Source: Desulfobacterales bacterium (lineage in GTDB: Bacteria; Desulfobacterota; Desulfobacteria; Desulfobacterales; JAHEIW01). Taken from it: 43,166 nucleotides of DNA. The position numbers and the translations under genes are program-made. Shown here one piece after another: positions 41,376-43,166 of the stretch (the first letter of the stretch is position 1; the number at the start of each line of letters is the position of its first letter). The notes beneath the pieces are model-generated. The model did no database searches. It had not been told where the DNA came from and saw nothing but the letters and a program-made list of their open reading frames with translations. Where the stretch lies: positions 1 through 43,166 of the forward strand of contig JASFGZ010000001.1 in NCBI GenBank assembly GCA_050123495.1, written 5' to 3'.

Positions 41376-42545
41376 TTAAGCTTTTTCATACGCACGCTTG
41401 AAACCTTCCATAGATCCACTGATGGTTGAATCCGGCACGGCATATGAGAGCCGGAAATAGCCCGGCCCGTCAAAGCCGGCACCCGGTGCCGCCAGGATCA
41501 GCTCTTCTTTTAAAATCTGAGTGAACTTGACGTCATCGGCGATCGGGCTTTTCGGAAATAAATAAAAAGCGCCCGCCGGTAGCTGAAATTCGTAGCCTAT
41601 TTCAGACAGGCCCCGGCAGAGCATATCCCGCCGGCGTCGGTAGATCGAAACGTCCACGGAAATCCCCTGAAGCCGGGATACAGCCAGCTGGGCCATGTTG
41701 GGAGCATTGACACACAGCATGGTGTTGAAAACCGATGAGGCACCGGCCAACAGTCCGGCGTCCTCGGCTTCCGGATTGACGGCCAGATAACCGATGCGCT
41801 CGCCGGCCAACGACAGCTCTTTGGAATAAGAGGATACAATAATCGAATGCGGATAGGCCTGAAATATCGAGGGCACGTCTACATCATAAACGATCTTACG
41901 GTAAGGCTCATCTGCCACCAGATAAATTCGCTTTCCGTATTTTTGGCTGGCGGCATCCAGCACCCGGCCCAGTTCGGCCAGTTCCTCTGCCGAATAGACC
42001 GCGCCGGTGGGATTATTGGGCGAATTGATCAGCATCACACGGGTCTTTGCGGTGATGGCGGACTCAATCGCGGCCACATCAAGGTGAAAGTCGGCATGAG
42101 TGGGTGCGGTTTTAATCGCAGCATCGGCAACGAACGCGTAATGGTTGTACCCGATAAAGTAGGGACTGGGTACCAATATTTCCTCTCCGGGATTGATAAC
42201 CACATTCAAGGCGTCGTTTAAGGCGCCGGCGGCTCCCACCGTCATAACAATCAAATCCGGTGTGAGCGCGACATCATGCTCACTGCCTAAATAATCGGCG
42301 ACGGCCTGCCGGACGTGCGGATATCCGGGATTGGGCGTATAGCCGTGGCTGAGGGATTCGTCATTGACCAGATCCTTGAGAACTTGTTTGAATTCCGGCG
42401 GTGGAGGGACATCCGGATTTCCCAGCGAGAAATCAAAGACATTCTCGGACCCATGCTCGGCTTTCAGCCGGGCGCCTTCTTCGAACATCTTTTTGACCAT
42501 TTCCATACCTTCGACCATTTTGATCATTTTTTGAGCTATCGGCAT
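41376..42545 (-). CDS. class I/II PLP-dependent aminotransferase (aspartate/aromatic type)
   Basis: NPDVPPP, LINSPNNPTG, PLP-Lys context SYSKELSLAGERIGY, FRLSY. SD GGAAGGAGA upstream. Confidence 0.88.
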   Translation of the reverse strand: MPIAQKMIKMVEGMEMVKKMFEEGARLKAEHGSENVFDFSLGNPDVPPPPEFKQVLKDLVNDESLSHGYTPNPGYPHVRQAVADYLGSEHDVALTPDLIVMTVGAAGALNDALNVVINPGEEILVPSPYFIGYNHYAFVADAAIKTAPTHADFHLDVAAIESAITAKTRVMLINSPNNPTGAVYSAEELAELGRVLDAASQKYGKRIYLVADEPYRKIVYDVDVPSIFQAYPHSIIVSSYSKELSLAGERIGYLAVNPEAEDAGLLAGASSVFNTMLCVNAPNMAQLAVSRLQGISVDVSIYRRRRDMLCRGLSEIGYEFQLPAGAFYLFPKSPIADDVKFTQILKEELILAAPGAGFDGPGYFRLSYAVPDSTISGSMEGFKRAYEKA

Positions 42546-42558
42546 AACTTTCTCCTTC

Positions 42559-43032
42559 CTAATCTAGATCAAGGAGAGTTTTGCATTTATTACAGCTTTT
42601 TGCTCCTCTAAAAATTTTATTATCGCATTCGGGACAAACATAGCGGGCCTCCTCTTCGGCCACCCAGTTTTCAGTACCATATTTCCGTCGGTAGGGTATG
42701 GCCCGCAAACAAACCTTCTTCCCGACCGGGAGGGGGAAATTATCAATGAACTCGCAGGGAAAATCGTCACATTCGTGACAGCCGGCATACCCTTTTTTGT
42801 GGGTGCAATCTCTTATCGAGCAGCTTTTACAAAAGACAGACAATTTATCCGAAAGACACCCCTCGCATTCTAAATCTTCAGTAGAAATGTTTTCAAGACC
42901 CGCAACCCTTTCCTGATAAAAGCCAAGAAGCAGTTCCATAAACTTTTCATTTTTATCCCGGGTGGCGTAGTAGATACCGCATACCCCGCAATACAGACCG
43001 CAGGGGGCTAATAAGTTTTGATTTATTTTCAT
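42559..43032 (-). CDS. DUF3795 cysteine-rich protein
   Basis: CGLYCGVCGIY..., CEGCLS...CKSCSIRDCTHKKGYAGCHECDDFPC: the characteristic DUF3795 Cys pattern. SD GGGAGG upstream. Confidence 0.8.
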   Translation of the reverse strand: MKINQNLLAPCGLYCGVCGIYYATRDKNEKFMELLLGFYQERVAGLENISTEDLECEGCLSDKLSVFCKSCSIRDCTHKKGYAGCHECDDFPCEFIDNFPLPVGKKVCLRAIPYRRKYGTENWVAEEEARYVCPECDNKIFRGAKSCNKCKTLLDLD

Positions 43033-43062
43033 TGAGTGCCTCCCATTCTGAGATAATTTATA

Positions 43063-43146
43063 CCTAAAATGAGCGTTTCAAATTTTAAAAATGAATTGTC
43101 TTATATTCAATGAATTTTGTCGATTTATATTTTTAAAATTTGAAAC
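43063..43146. repeat. family E AT-rich inverted repeat (E2)
   Basis: 43063-43090 is identical to 36841-36868. GTTTCAAATTTTAAAA (43075-43090) and TTTTAAAATTTGAAAC (43131-43146) form a perfect 16-nt inverted repeat 40 nt apart. Confidence 0.85.
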
Positions 43147-43166
43147 CTTTCGGGATTGCCGATCTT

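Overview
This is a gene-dense 43.2-kb chromosomal window. I call about 38 protein-coding genes, three gene relics, and no rRNA, tRNA, CRISPR array, prophage or recognisable canonical defence system. Gene content (DUF3795, radical SAM, PilZ, FlgM, an Hsp20 small heat-shock protein, two signal peptide peptidase SppA paralogs, ugpBAEC-ugpQ) suggests a Gram-negative anaerobe, possibly Desulfobacterota-like; that is inference only.

Recognisable blocks:
- hsp20, sppA (67K type) and flgM, the last with a sigma-28 promoter.
- A translationally coupled pair: an LsrF-like aldolase/thiolase and a Zn alcohol dehydrogenase.
- A TraB/GumN family gene followed by recX.
- An AraC-HTH/methyltransferase fusion (Ada/Ogt-like) and a radical SAM gene.
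- A tryptophanase-family lyase flanked by decayed genes.
- A complete ugpBAEC + ugpQ glycerol-3-phosphate uptake locus.
- An alanine-glyoxylate aminotransferase (AGXT)-like gene next to a 4-hydroxy-2-oxoglutarate aldolase (HOGA1)-like gene.
- A DUF3795, aminotransferase and cNMP-binding operon.

Four things look most unusual:
1. A 1,043-bp unit (6591-7633) holds an HUH/Y1 transposase fused to a DnaA-C-like HTH. It is bracketed by perfect 31-bp hairpin-bearing inverted repeats.
2. Modular non-coding repeat families fill most long intergenic regions. They combine inverted repeats, GC-rich hairpins and 7-10-nt tandem tails, and often end a few nucleotides from start or stop codons. Some stems contain G.U pairs that fit folding on only one strand.
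3. Two orphan signalling proteins have unusual architectures: a Zn-ribbon, pseudokinase, TM segment, trypsin-like protease and TPR-like protein, and an MlaF-like ABC ATPase fused to a degenerate GGDEF domain.
4. A candidate sigma-54-driven small RNA lies at about 40073-40228.

I cannot demonstrate a novel multi-gene system from sequence alone. All family calls rest on motifs I recognise by eye, not on database searches.
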